The notes under the pieces are model-generated. The model was not told where the DNA came from. It did no database searches and was given only the letters and a program-made list of their open reading frames with translations. DNA of 47,754 nt from Catajapyx aquilonaris (Eukaryota). The position numbers were made by a program, and so were the translations under genes. Shown here in pieces: positions 12,350 through 23,345 of the stretch; the first letter of the stretch is position 1; every line of letters starts with the position of its first letter. The stretch lies in NCBI GenBank assembly GCA_000934665.2, contig JYFJ02002979.1, forward strand, positions 1 to 47,754, written 5' to 3'.

Positions 12350-14503
12350 TCATTTTTTGTCTTCCGGAGGTAACACAACCAGTCTTAGGAAAACTTCCTG
12401 CCTGAAAATGTTCCTCAGATCATTTTCTGACTCTGAGGAAAGTCGCTGTATCATCTTGCCACTGGGGCCAATCAGGATCTTCACTAAACCAGGTCGTGGA
12501 CATTTTAGTTGAATCACAGCCCGCAGCCTCCCTAACATTCAGGAATTAAATATGAGTAACTGGAAGTAAATTACTGCACAATAACAGCAGACTCACCATC
12601 AGAGCTGACATCCCAGAATTCTACTTCTGGCTGCACAATATATGGGATTTCATCAGGAAGATACTCCAGGAGCTTGGCTCGAACAGTTTGGAGAGCAATG
12701 TCCAATGGATCTTGATCTGTCACCACTGATGGGTTGAACATCCAAGCAGCAGGGCGTGCTGAGTTGTTGAAGTATGCCTGGAAGCAGAGAATGAACAGTA
12801 TTAACTTTGGAGTTGTGTGGTTATGAAAAGGGATTCTACCCGCAAAGCATCGACACCATCTCCAGTCAGTGCAGATATCATGAACACATCCTGAAAGCCA
12901 TGCCATCCCTTCTTCTCTGACACAAGCTTCACGACCTGTTTCTCAGTGAGCTTGTCAGGTTCCACCACATCTGTTTCATTCTCGTCGTCTTCCTGGTTTT
13001 CTTCCATTTTCTTAAACAGCCTTTTCTTGCATGGAATATAATTTGGGCTGACCTCTTGACTAGATTTGTGGCCACCCACAATTCCTTCAGTCAGGACGTG
13101 AGTGAGCCCTAGAAGCCGCCTTTTGGATTTGAGTTGATCAATCTAAAGAAGCAACAGTTAGTCCATTTTAATTTAATACATATTTAAGAATTTCTTTGTT
13201 GTTTCAAATTAAAAATGGCTGCAGAAGATACTAAAAGCCAGCTAGAAGCTTATTATTATTATTATTTTTACAATGATTGATGATAACCAATTTTTTGAGT
13301 ATCATATTGTAAACTAAAACTGCTACTTCATACACTCAACACTCCCTCAAAAATTATCGTGATAGTGTTGGACATTAATCACGTTGTAGTGCAAGCGACA
13401 TTTTTGGAAGCGGCAGAAAAACGAATCTAAGCACTGGAGCAAAAGCCTTGCAAGCAAGATTCCTTCTTCTGCCACTTCGGAAAATGTTGCTAGAAGTACG
13501 ACGTGATTAATGTCCAACACTGTACATTGCATAATGAATCCTGGAAGAGCTCCTTTACTCACATACTTATTCGCAACTGACCTTGTTAAGAATCAGAGCA
13601 GAAGTTTTGTATGGATAGAGATGTAAAAGACGAAGGACTTTGGCATCTAGAGCATCCCGAGTCCAGTGATTGGACACATCATGTAATACAGCTATCAAGT
13701 CAGCACCCACTAGAGCTTTTTCAGGGTCCCTCACAAAGCTTTGTTCCAGCTGATGCCTAGAAAACCAATAAAATAAGTGATTAGGTAACATGAACTCTGT
13801 ACTAGTCTAATGTTTGCAAATGATGTACGCTGCTGCCCTTTTTGGCTGCAACTATTAGTCAGGAGTCTCACTTTGAAGATTCCTTAGTTGTGACAAGTCC
13901 TGGAGTATCCATGAAGACCACCTGGGTGCTTCCATCTACCATCACAGCCCTGGAGCATTTCCTGGTGGTGTGAACCTTCTTCGATACTGAACATACCTGA
14001 CAATGCCAAATTCATGAGCTTATTTGAACCTCATAACAGGCAGTTAAGTACCTCTAGGCTTAAAAGGGACGTGGAAACACTGACAGTGTTNCCCCCCCCC
14101 CCCTCCCTTGCAACAACAATGCAACAATACCTTCCATTGCATGAGGTTGTTGATGAGAGTGCTCTTCCCTGTGTTGGGTATCCCAATCACCGCCACCTTC
14201 AGCAAATGCGGATCTTGCACTTGATGCGGCTTTGTCCGAAAGACCTGTTGGCGCACCTCCTTCGAGAGTGGAATTATCCTTGGAGCTGATGGTAATCTGT
14301 CTATGTGCGAGTCAGGTTCTGCAGACACATGCGTGCACAAGCATTGCCATCGCAACTGCCTGCATCCCTTGGCCAAACGTGTGAATCTGAAATATTTGAT
14401 ATACAGCAGCTGATCAAATCAGGTCTTGATTGAGGTAGGCCTAATGGTGGCCCACATTTAACAAGCATGATACTAGAGCTTACCTCGGAGTTACAACGAT
14501 CAT
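12350..14503 (-). CDS. ERAL1: GTPase Era, mitochondrial (~413 aa)
   Basis: Exons 14503-14484, 14386-14131, 13996-13872, 13756-13582, 13142-12840, 12777-12597, 12531-12350 (1242 nt). G1 [11 protein letters not shown]2 [10 protein letters not shown]3 DTPG, G4 NKID, G5 ISALTG, KH region EIPY...[13 protein letters not shown]. There is one N at 14091 in an intron. Confidence 0.93.
13363..13522. mobile_element. Fold-back MITE, copy 1 (ERAL1 intron 4)
   Basis: TIRs (T)AGTGTTGGACATTAATCACGT ... ACGTGATTAATGTCCAACACTG followed by TA. Shares GCAAGATTCCTTCTTCTGC..CTTCGGAAAATGT with the element at 34472-34629. Confidence 0.75.
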
Positions 14504-14735
14504 ATTTTATGGCGTAGTCGTCTCCTTCAAACTTTCAACATGACTGCCATGCTTATTATGCTTCGCCATTGATGGTACGTGACAGTCGTAGTAGTACACA
14601 ATTTGAATGAGATGTCGCCACATTCGTTTCGTGGTGTTATTAGAGGATCGGTGGTGCCAGCTGTTCGAGAGTCTGCTGAAGATCTGCTGGGCATCGAACT
14701 GGGTCGGATGGTTGGTGCTGGTGGTGCTCCTCTCG

Positions 14736-17700
14736 ATGGTCATGCTTCTGGACCACGTCTCCAACAGCATCTGGCATGCCTTCAACGCCCTGGCCAGGAA
14801 CAAGGATGGGACGGTGGAGAAATCAAAGCTCAAGGTGAGGGACAATAATATTATTGGGGGCGCAGCTACTGGCCTGAGAGAAAGCTTGTTGGAATAATGA
14901 GATAATCTGTGCAGGTTCTGACTGCCAACATAGGGACCCTGCTGGACTTCCAGGATGTGGAGAAGGGCCTTGATGACTTCAGGAGCACCACCTGCCTCAA
15001 CTTACAGCACTACAAGTACTACCTTCGAAGGGAGGTAATAAATCTGGCATTCTATGGGTGCGGGTGGGGAGGAATGAAGCTCACCCATCGGATAGTTAGA
15101 TACAGTGTTTTTTATTATGCCCAATGAGAATGGTAGTAAATGATGTAGTCACCTGAATTGGTGTACCCAAACTGCACAGGGGCCATCCATAATCCGCGCT
15201 GACATATTTTGTCACTTTTTTTTACCTCCCCCCCCCCTCCCTGTTGCAGACAGAAGCGGATAATATCTTCCCCTCTGTACGGACAAAAGCGGGAAAATGC
15301 ACCCCCCTCACTTGCCTGCGCGGATTATGGATGGCCCCTGATGCATTTAAAAATTCATGTCATATATCTTTAAAAGCCTGATTCAAGGACTCGAAAAGAT
15401 ACACCACTTGCAGTTTAAATGACTTGGATTATTAATCGGTTTATAATAAGGAGCAAGCATAGCATTTTCTGTCACATATGCAAGTCCCTGCTCTTTAGCA
15501 TAGTCACGGAATATTCTATTACTTTTTATTGTACTGGAAATTAATTGTACGCCTATCTTGTTTATGCTCATTTCGTTTTCTTCACTTGACAGCTGTTCTC
15601 ATCCTTGCCAGACACATTGGATCTGACAACTAGAAGTAGGTATCAGGAAAAGATAGATGAGATCTGCTGGTTTGTATGCAAGAAGAATTACTTGGAACGT
15701 GATAACCCACTGTTTGAGGAGGAGAGTGTGTACCAGCTGTTCAGAGTGTTTTGCCTGCTGGCTGAACTGACTGAAGAATCTCCAGATGTTTACCAGGTAC
15801 AGATTTCTTATTTCAAAGGAACTATTCATGTAAAGTAGAGAGGGTGCAAGTGTGCAAATCAATACTTCACTTTCTGTAGAAAAATCTAAATGTTTAAGCG
15901 TATTTTACGCATTTGAAAATCTTATGGGCTATTAGTACTATGTAACATTTATCGTGTTGTGGTTGCAGGTGGTAATGAGTGCATCAGAGGTACAAGTAGT
16001 GGCAGCAGAATTTGTGACCTCCCTAGGCCAGGAATGGGATGTGAATGACTTTGAAGGCCTTGCCAGTGTGATAGAGGCATTCAAATTCCCTATTTTTCTT
16101 GCTGTTATGGAGAGCAAATATGCCCTGGGTGTTGAAAAGGAAGCTCTTCAGGAGGCCATAAAGGAGCTGTATGACATATTCGTGCAAGATGTTCTGAAGA
16201 AGGGCCCCCTGATGAAAAAGGGAGATATTTTGCCTACCTTCAGGGAATATTGGTTTGTGCTCCAACCTGTTGGACTAACCTACTACTCAAGCAGGGATGA
16301 GAAGGACAAAAAAGGGTTCATTCCACTTACCAATCCAAGCAGGGTGGACATTGTGCAGAATCCACCAGGGGCCAAGATGCATCGAATGGTACTCATGACA
16401 GATGGGCGAATTATTGAGCTGGGCACTTGTGATCACAGGTAATCTAGAGAAATTATGGAATGTACTTACTCTTTACAATGACTTTTTACAGTTCTAAGAA
16501 AGTAGTTGAAATTTAATATTTGGGATCCTCTTTCTGTGAAGATCTAAACTGCAATGGACTTCTGCTTTGAGAACAGCCATACTTCACTCTGGGGATGTAG
16601 AAAGTTATCAGCGTCATCTGGCTAGCAAACGCCTTCTGTCTAGGGAAGCTGAGCGCTTGCGCCTCACTGAAGAGAGCAAGCGCCGCCAGAATCAAATGGG
16701 TGTGGTTGAGGAGCAAATGGAAAGGACTAAGGTCCAGCTTGAAGCAGAGCAGAAGGCAAGGATGGCTGCAGAGAGGCAGGCAGAGGAGCTGGCTGTTCAA
16801 AAGGAGGAGGAGAAAAAGAAGCTGAAGGACTTGGAGGATATCAGGATACAACTAGAGAAGCTTCTGAGGGAAGAGCAGCAGGCCAAGAGGGATGAGGAGA
16901 TTGTCAGGAATCTGCAGGCACGGTAAGATTTCGCCTGTTGCCGTAGATACCCGACAATGCCTACATAGTCTGTACTTTCAGAATAATCATATTTACAATG
17001 TATGTGAACTACATTAGCTGGTGTTCCCAGGATTAATTTGTTGTTGAAAAATCTATTACCTTAGTAGTCCAAGTTTTCCTTTATGAAGTAGTTTTTTACA
17101 AAGATTAGTAACCCTCATTTTCAGTGTGTTACGAGAAGAGTGGGAGAAAAGGGAGGAACTTGAGCTCCTTCAGGAGGCGCAGCGGGGACTTCTGGAAGAA
17201 GAAAGGCAGAAGCGGGAAGTGTTTGAAAGAATTCAGAAGGAGAAGGAATTCGAGTTACAAGGTATAATAGGATTGGCATTTTTTTTAAATCCCATGGAAT
17301 CACAATTTGTGTACATATATAGACCTGGAGTGCCAAGTGTTTTGGGAAGAGGTATTGCATTCTATGATCAGCCCCTGGACACTCCTACTCTCCGATTCAC
17401 ATGAACCTTTTTTGATATGCATACACCCGAGGGGTTGGTGAACCACCCGAAAGTAGTGCCCAACATGCCGGGCCCTACCACTCCTCACAACAAAATGCGC
17501 AGTTGTGTAGCGCTGCAGCTACCGCATGGGCTGCCCATGATAATTAGGCATTCAAATTACATGTACCAGCACTGTATCTTCGAGAAAGCCAGGGACACCG
17601 GGGACTAATTTTGCTGCGCGGCGGCTCACCAACCCCTCGGACATATGGGTATCCAAAAAGGTTCACACTTATGTGATTCGGAGTGTATGTCCTACCCCAA

Positions 17701-18969
17701 CCATATGGAGGCCCCCGTGAGATTACTTGCTCTCCCCCGCCAATGTGGGGTTTGCGATTTGGCATTGGTGTCTCTCCACAGTTCCTAAGGCTGCTCTGGT
17801 GGGCAACTCTGCGAATGTGCTCTGGATCCTACTGCAGTGCAAAGAGTAGTCTGCCTTAGGAACTTTGGAGCGACTGCAGCACCAAATCAGAACCCCCCAA
17901 GGCTGGTGGAGCAACTATGGTGCAAACAAAAGGAGAGACAGTGCCCGGACCTGAGTATTATACGACCGTGACTGTGACTCTTCTATATCTTTTATTAAAC
18001 ACATTCTCTTACCCAAGAATCTGACCCACCTGTCTCCACCCATCCCATTTGGAGGTATTGCAGCAGCAACAAAACAGGATTTCCCGATTTAGACTACACA
18101 ACCGTGTACCGGTACTCACTTAATAGCAGCAAAATGGGTTTGTTTTGAAGGAAAAGCACAATGAATTGAATGTGGAATCATTCTTATTCATCTAAGTCTA
18201 AGTGCTTCAGGAATCATTTGTTTTAGTGTTTCAATTGACGTGTGATTAGTGGTTGTAAAATTTGTCATTAAGCTCTTATTAACAGACAGTTACTTTTTCA
18301 AGGTACTCTTAGAAGAGTTATTGAAAATATTAGCTGATATATTAATGTGAGTTGAGTGGCTTGTTGGTATAGTGGTTATCACCTCAGCTTCTATCCCTGA
18401 GGTCCTGAGTTTGATATCTAGGTTGGACAGGAATGAGAGTTTCGATGTGTTCTCTTCATGTTCATGTGTGTTTTTCTGAGATATTTAATATCTATTCCCA
18501 CAATTACAATCCATCACAGTGCAGTAAATAAAGTGAGGCCAGTTACAAGATAATCCCCTAAAAGACCACTGGCCCATAACATCGCAGCCAATTGTTATAT
18601 TATGCTGAGTAGAAAGCCTCCATCAGTTTTTAATGTTTAGACTCTCTAATAAATTTTGGCATTGTGTAAATGTACCTTGGTCACATTTCAGATGCAGAAA
18701 AAAAGCTGAAGAAACTGGAGGAAGACCGTAAACGCCTTGACGAAGAATTGAAACTAGCTGAGGAGAAGATCATGTCGTCTGAACGAGCCAAGGAGATTTT
18801 GGAAACTAAACTTCATGTGAGAGAGCAAGAAAAGGGCCTTGCTCAAGGAGCCAGGGAAAAGCAGCCATCTCTCCTTCCAGTGAGAAGTGCCAGCATGAGG
18901 GAGTCTAGGCGACCTGACGAGGATGCTTTCAACAACAATAACAGCCACAGAAGTAGCAATGAGCACTGA
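14736..18969 (+). CDS. SWAP70: SWAP-70/DEF6-family protein (EF-hand-like N-terminus, PH domain, coiled coil; ~562 aa)
   Basis: Exons 14736-14834, 14915-15034, 15593-15796, 15969-16438, 16542-16922, 17125-17261, 18692-18969 (1689 nt). N-terminus SIWHAFNAL..NKDGTVEKSKLKVLTANIGT matches SWAP70/DEF6. PH domain VLKKGPLMKKG...EYWFVLQP..LTYY...QWTSALR. Coil AKRDEEIVRNLQARVLREE. Start could be 14736 or 14742. Confidence 0.9.
15179..15338. mobile_element. PIF/Harbinger-type MITE (160 bp) in SWAP70 intron 2
   Basis: Perfect 21-bp TIRs GGGGCCATCCATAATCCGCGC ... GCGCGGATTATGGATGGCCCC with internal poly-C tracts. The 3-bp flanks (ACA/TGA) do not match. Confidence 0.8.
17349..18062. repeat. Structured insert: two long imperfect inverted repeats bounded by an 11-bp direct repeat (possible LTR-like or retroposed element)
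   Basis: Arms about 17377-17476 / 17591-17692 and about 17727-17791 / 17853-17914. GAGGTATTGCA at 17349-17359 and 18052-18062. ATTAAA at 17994-17999. Confidence 0.65.
18358..18510 (+). mobile_element. Degenerate tRNA-derived SINE with a V/Meta-domain-like body
   Basis: A-box TGGTATAGTGG (~18364) and decayed B-box GAGTTTGATATC (~18407), then GAGTTTCGATGTGTTCTCTTCATGTTCATGTGTGTTTTTCTGAG...TTCCCACA, which resembles the V-SINE core as I recall it. Confidence 0.5.
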
Positions 18970-21066
18970 TTCAAGTCAGTTTATTCTAGTATGCATAGTC
19001 TTAACAGAATCCATACTGACATGCCATGTCCTCCTGGCAAAATTAACAGAGCCCTTAACTACTGCTGCACTATGTATTTGACTGTTTGCTGTGGGGTTTG
19101 TCTGCCAGAATGTGTGATTTCATTCCTGTAGTTGGGAGGTTTTGGGGATGCTGCTGTAATAGGATGTGTGACTCAAGACCTAGTAATTACTCATAATACT
19201 TTAAGTTGGGTAGTCATAGTGTTATCATCACAGACATGGATTTGGCCTCCTACAACTGTAAAAATGAGTCTGACAACGTCGTGGTTTGGTTTACGTAGTT
19301 TAGTGGGAATACCAGAATAACTAAGGCTAAACTAAGACGTAGGAGACATAAAGGAGGTAGGATTTCCTTTGGACTAATCATCCAGGGTAACTCACATAAA
19401 GGCTGGCCACCAACATTGCACTTGCACCTCTCATCCCCTGTATGGTCACTTCAAACCATGGCGTTTGCAAGTGGGTAGCAAAAAAGTCAAGTGAATTTTT
19501 TCAAGAGTTCTCTTGTGCTCTGGTAAAGTAGACTACAGCTCAAGTTTAGCTCATAACAACTGGCACAATCTAACTTATATGTGCCAAAAATGTCCCAACT
19601 GAAATATGCAATATGTCCAAGTCTATATTTTCCAGTTTTGCACTTGGATTAAGTTCAAAGAGAGGTTTGGAAGTCCAGTTATTTAGTAATCTCAACTAGC
19701 AGATAAAAGACTGATAGTGATGTAATGAATTATGAAGGGCTGATGAAGCAATTGTTTTGTTTATGGCAGAGATCTCAGTCTGTGGTATAAAAAGCTGTGC
19801 TAAATGTGAACAGCTTTCTGGCACATTTCAAAAATGCAGGAATCTGCGGAATATCATGGGGAAACTTGATTGCAATGTTCTGGGATTTAAAAATTATTAT
19901 TAAAAGGGGACCTTTCTCTCAGGTTTAAAAGCAAATACCTCGACCTCTATGGCACAAGTTCCATAAGAAGACGACCCATATAGTTTGCTGCAGTTGCTTT
20001 CACTAACATGTGAAACTTATTACTCATACATTGACTTAGTGCCAATAACATGCCTTTACAAATATTGTGCTCAAAAGGGACCAACGTAATCTCACTGTGT
20101 GTTACTCACTAATTGATTATATCAGTGCATGTAATAACCTGGAGAAGCATCTTGTGTAGGGTATATTTTGTTGAGATCTGCAATTTAAAAAAAATGCCAT
20201 GCTGGTATTTCATTTACGATATTTCCGGCAAAATATCTGTATTGAATTAGATGTAAGCAATAGTAACAAAGCCACATCTGGCAGAACGATTTGGTGATAT
20301 TGTTCATTCCATAAAATTTGTAATAAAAATGTATGTAAAAGAGATATTATGTGAGCTTGGTGAATCCAAATATTTTGAAATATACAGTATGTGAAGGTGC
20401 AGAAGGTCTATAAATGTATATATTTTTTGAGAGTTTTATAGCAGTGTTTTATGGCACCGACTGTAAGTCACAATGAATAAAGACCATTTTAGATATGTAA
20501 TCAGCGAGTTGCTTTTTGGGTTGCGATCCTTGGTTGCACTTGGAACTTAAGTGGGTCATTCATAATTACTGATAGGGTTGGAATTGTTTAACCTTGAACA
20601 GGCTCTTGATCACCACTCCTTGCTAAGGTTCAGCGAATTCTGGTGTACAGGATGCAAAACAGATAGGATACAATGAGGACCATGCTGATTTTTTAGTTTG
20701 AACATCTTTCAATGATATCATCACCAGTTAACGAATTCAGGCCCTGAAATTCATGAGTAGCCATTGCACTGCTACCTAGTTTGTTATTAATTATTTTGTG
20801 GCATTTTGATATTGCATCTTTAGATATGCTAGCGTAGCTGCCGATAAGGTCACATATGGTTATTGCGTAATTTCTCAGGATTCAGGCAACACTTCATTTT
20901 ATGAAATGATAAGAATTGTGGAAGCTTTATTTTCAAGATGCATTGTTAATTTGCAACTATGTCAGTGACATTTTCTTGTTACCTGAAGTGGAAATATCTA
21001 ACACAAACCATCATTGAGTTACTGCAACAGAATAATCCAGCTGGGTAAATTGAGATTAAAATGAGA

Positions 21067-22373
21067 TTAGCAGAGATGTACTCCTGGACCCTGGTTTCTG
21101 GCCAGAAGCACAGATGCAAAGATAGCTGAGAAAGTCCCAGTACCAGTGACAGCTCCCCTGTTAGATGGATTCTTTCGGACTGTGTGGATACTGAGTTTCT
21201 TCCCATCTGTGGCTGGGCCTCTTGCTTCAACTTCTATTATGTGCCAATCTGTCAGGCTAAAATTAAGATACATTTCATGTCAATATTGTGAGCATGAGGC
21301 AAAATATGCATTGAATATGCTAGTAACAAGGACAACAGAGACACATGCCTGGGATCAGACACAAGGCATCCTATGGTCAAGTCAAATCCCAGGTTTTCCG
21401 CTGCCATAGCTGCAGCAGCCATGGAATTAACATTGTGTGGGGCCAAGGGGCACAGTCCTCTTAGTGGTCCATCATACAAGGTAACTGCTTTGTCACTGAC
21501 GCGCTCATTTATGTCAGCTAGCTCACCCTTCAGTTTGAAGCATGATGGGTGCTTCTTCATTGTCACCTTCAAGAACTAGCCGGGAAGTTGAAATTATTAT
21601 TGTCATATGGATATGCTGAAATATTTCTCACTACATCTTGATAATATAATTAAAAATGAGTTTGGATAGGCATTTTACTCCTGTGATGCAAACCTGGGAC
21701 CACTGTTTTAAAAATATATGTGATTGAAATTTTGATCGAAACTGAATGTAATATGTTACCTTCATTCCAGTGTATGGAAGTGGTCAATTTTACATGTTTA
21801 AATACAATGAAAGCATTACCTTGAGAGATCCAACAGAGGCCATTTTTTGTATATCACTACCACCCCACAGTGCACCACTGGGCACGTATAAACCATGTTT
21901 GGTGGCTGCACTCCTGAGCTCTTTCTCCTTATCCACATCCGCAAAGACAGTTGGTGATCCCACAAAGTAGTCACAATACTCCATGAACTTGGCTCCATAC
22001 TGCAGTCCAACCAATGACATTAATTTCACCTTGACTATCTGCAACTTGCACTTTTTACCTCTTCCGAGATGACAGGGTGGCACACTTCAACAATGAGTGT
22101 CGGATTTTTTGTCTGAAAATCATCTAGATTTTTGAGTATCAGATCATCGGGGACCTCTCCTTGCAGCCTGGAAATGCTCCGGTTCCAAACGAAGGCTAAA
22201 TCTAGGTCAGGATGCTTCGTAATTGAGTCCACCAAGTACTTGCCTGAAAGTGGGCCAAGGGTGAGTTGGGTTAGGCTGGTACTTGCAAGCTTGCCCTGTA
22301 AGTGTGGTAAGCATCCATCCTTACCTATGTTGCCATAGCCGACCACACCGATTCTTCTCCCACTGAGTTTCAT
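21067..22373 (-). CDS. ASPDH: Putative L-aspartate dehydrogenase / aspartate dehydrogenase domain-containing protein (~273 aa)
   Basis: Exons 22373-22325, 22243-22059, 21999-21820, 21566-21349, 21256-21067 (822 nt). Rossmann motif IGVVGYGNIG, LAFVWNR, LIVEVCHP, YVPSGALWGG.DI.KMA, LCPLAPHNVNSMAAAA, RKNP...AVTG, C-terminal GVHLC. Confidence 0.92.
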
Positions 22374-23345
22374 GGCGCTTGTTGAGGCAGTCTGCAAGTG
22401 AAAGTCACAGCTAAATGTCCTTTTATGCGGTGCAGTTATCAACTGTGCTGGGGTGACCTAGATGATATAAGTAAGTTAATCTCTTGACCAAGGTCAGATG
22501 CTCATATGGCTGGAAGTCAGTGCATAATCCTTAAGTAATTCTTTGATTAGGAATAATAAACATATTTGAAACACTATATACTTACAAACTTGTTCAGTCT
22601 AGTTTGGTTGGGGATGAATCCACATGCACACTTTTTCAGGAGCCGTGCAGTTAGGCTGTGTTTGAGTAGCATGACAAGAGAAGACAGTGGATTAAAACCA
22701 ATAACTTACCACGGACAAGCACAAGAAATTTACCCTTTGCCAAAATGGATGCTGTGACGGGGATAACAAAAGGTTAATTGATCTTCAAAGTTTTATTACT
22801 TCTTACGTCACTTGAAGGAAGTTGGCCTTGAGGTTCCCACACGAGGAAAAAACTTACAGGAGTAAAAAAATGAGGAGAAAAAAAATGCCGGCAGAAGAGC
22901 AAAATGCTAAGTTTCATACACGTAACTAATTGGTACATTTGCACATTGATCACAATTTTTTTACTTATGCTCTGCCAATGTACTGTACAAAATCTCTAGT
23001 GGATGTAGTGGATTTAGCATGATATTGATTTGAGTAGGCGCCAAAAGCCCTTAGCAACCATTTGAACAGTGAGTCATGTTGGATACAGGGACTTTGTTTA
23101 TTTCTGTAAATCCGATTATTGATCAATCACCTGGCAGCACCTATTATCAACAGGGCAAGGAGCTGCTCAAAATTTGGCATTTATCATCACCGTAATATCA
23201 GGTAAGTCAGCACTTCAAAAAATTATTGCTATTTACATATGTTCTGTGTATTAATAAATGTGCTAATTACTACCCATGCCTTAATAAAGCCCATTAGCTG
23301 TAACCTCTTATCCTTGATCCTTAATCCCTTATTCCTTTCCTAATC

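Noticed and set aside
14091..14103. N followed by a poly-C run inside ORF-track ORFs
   Set aside because: Assembly ambiguity in an ERAL1 intron, not coding.
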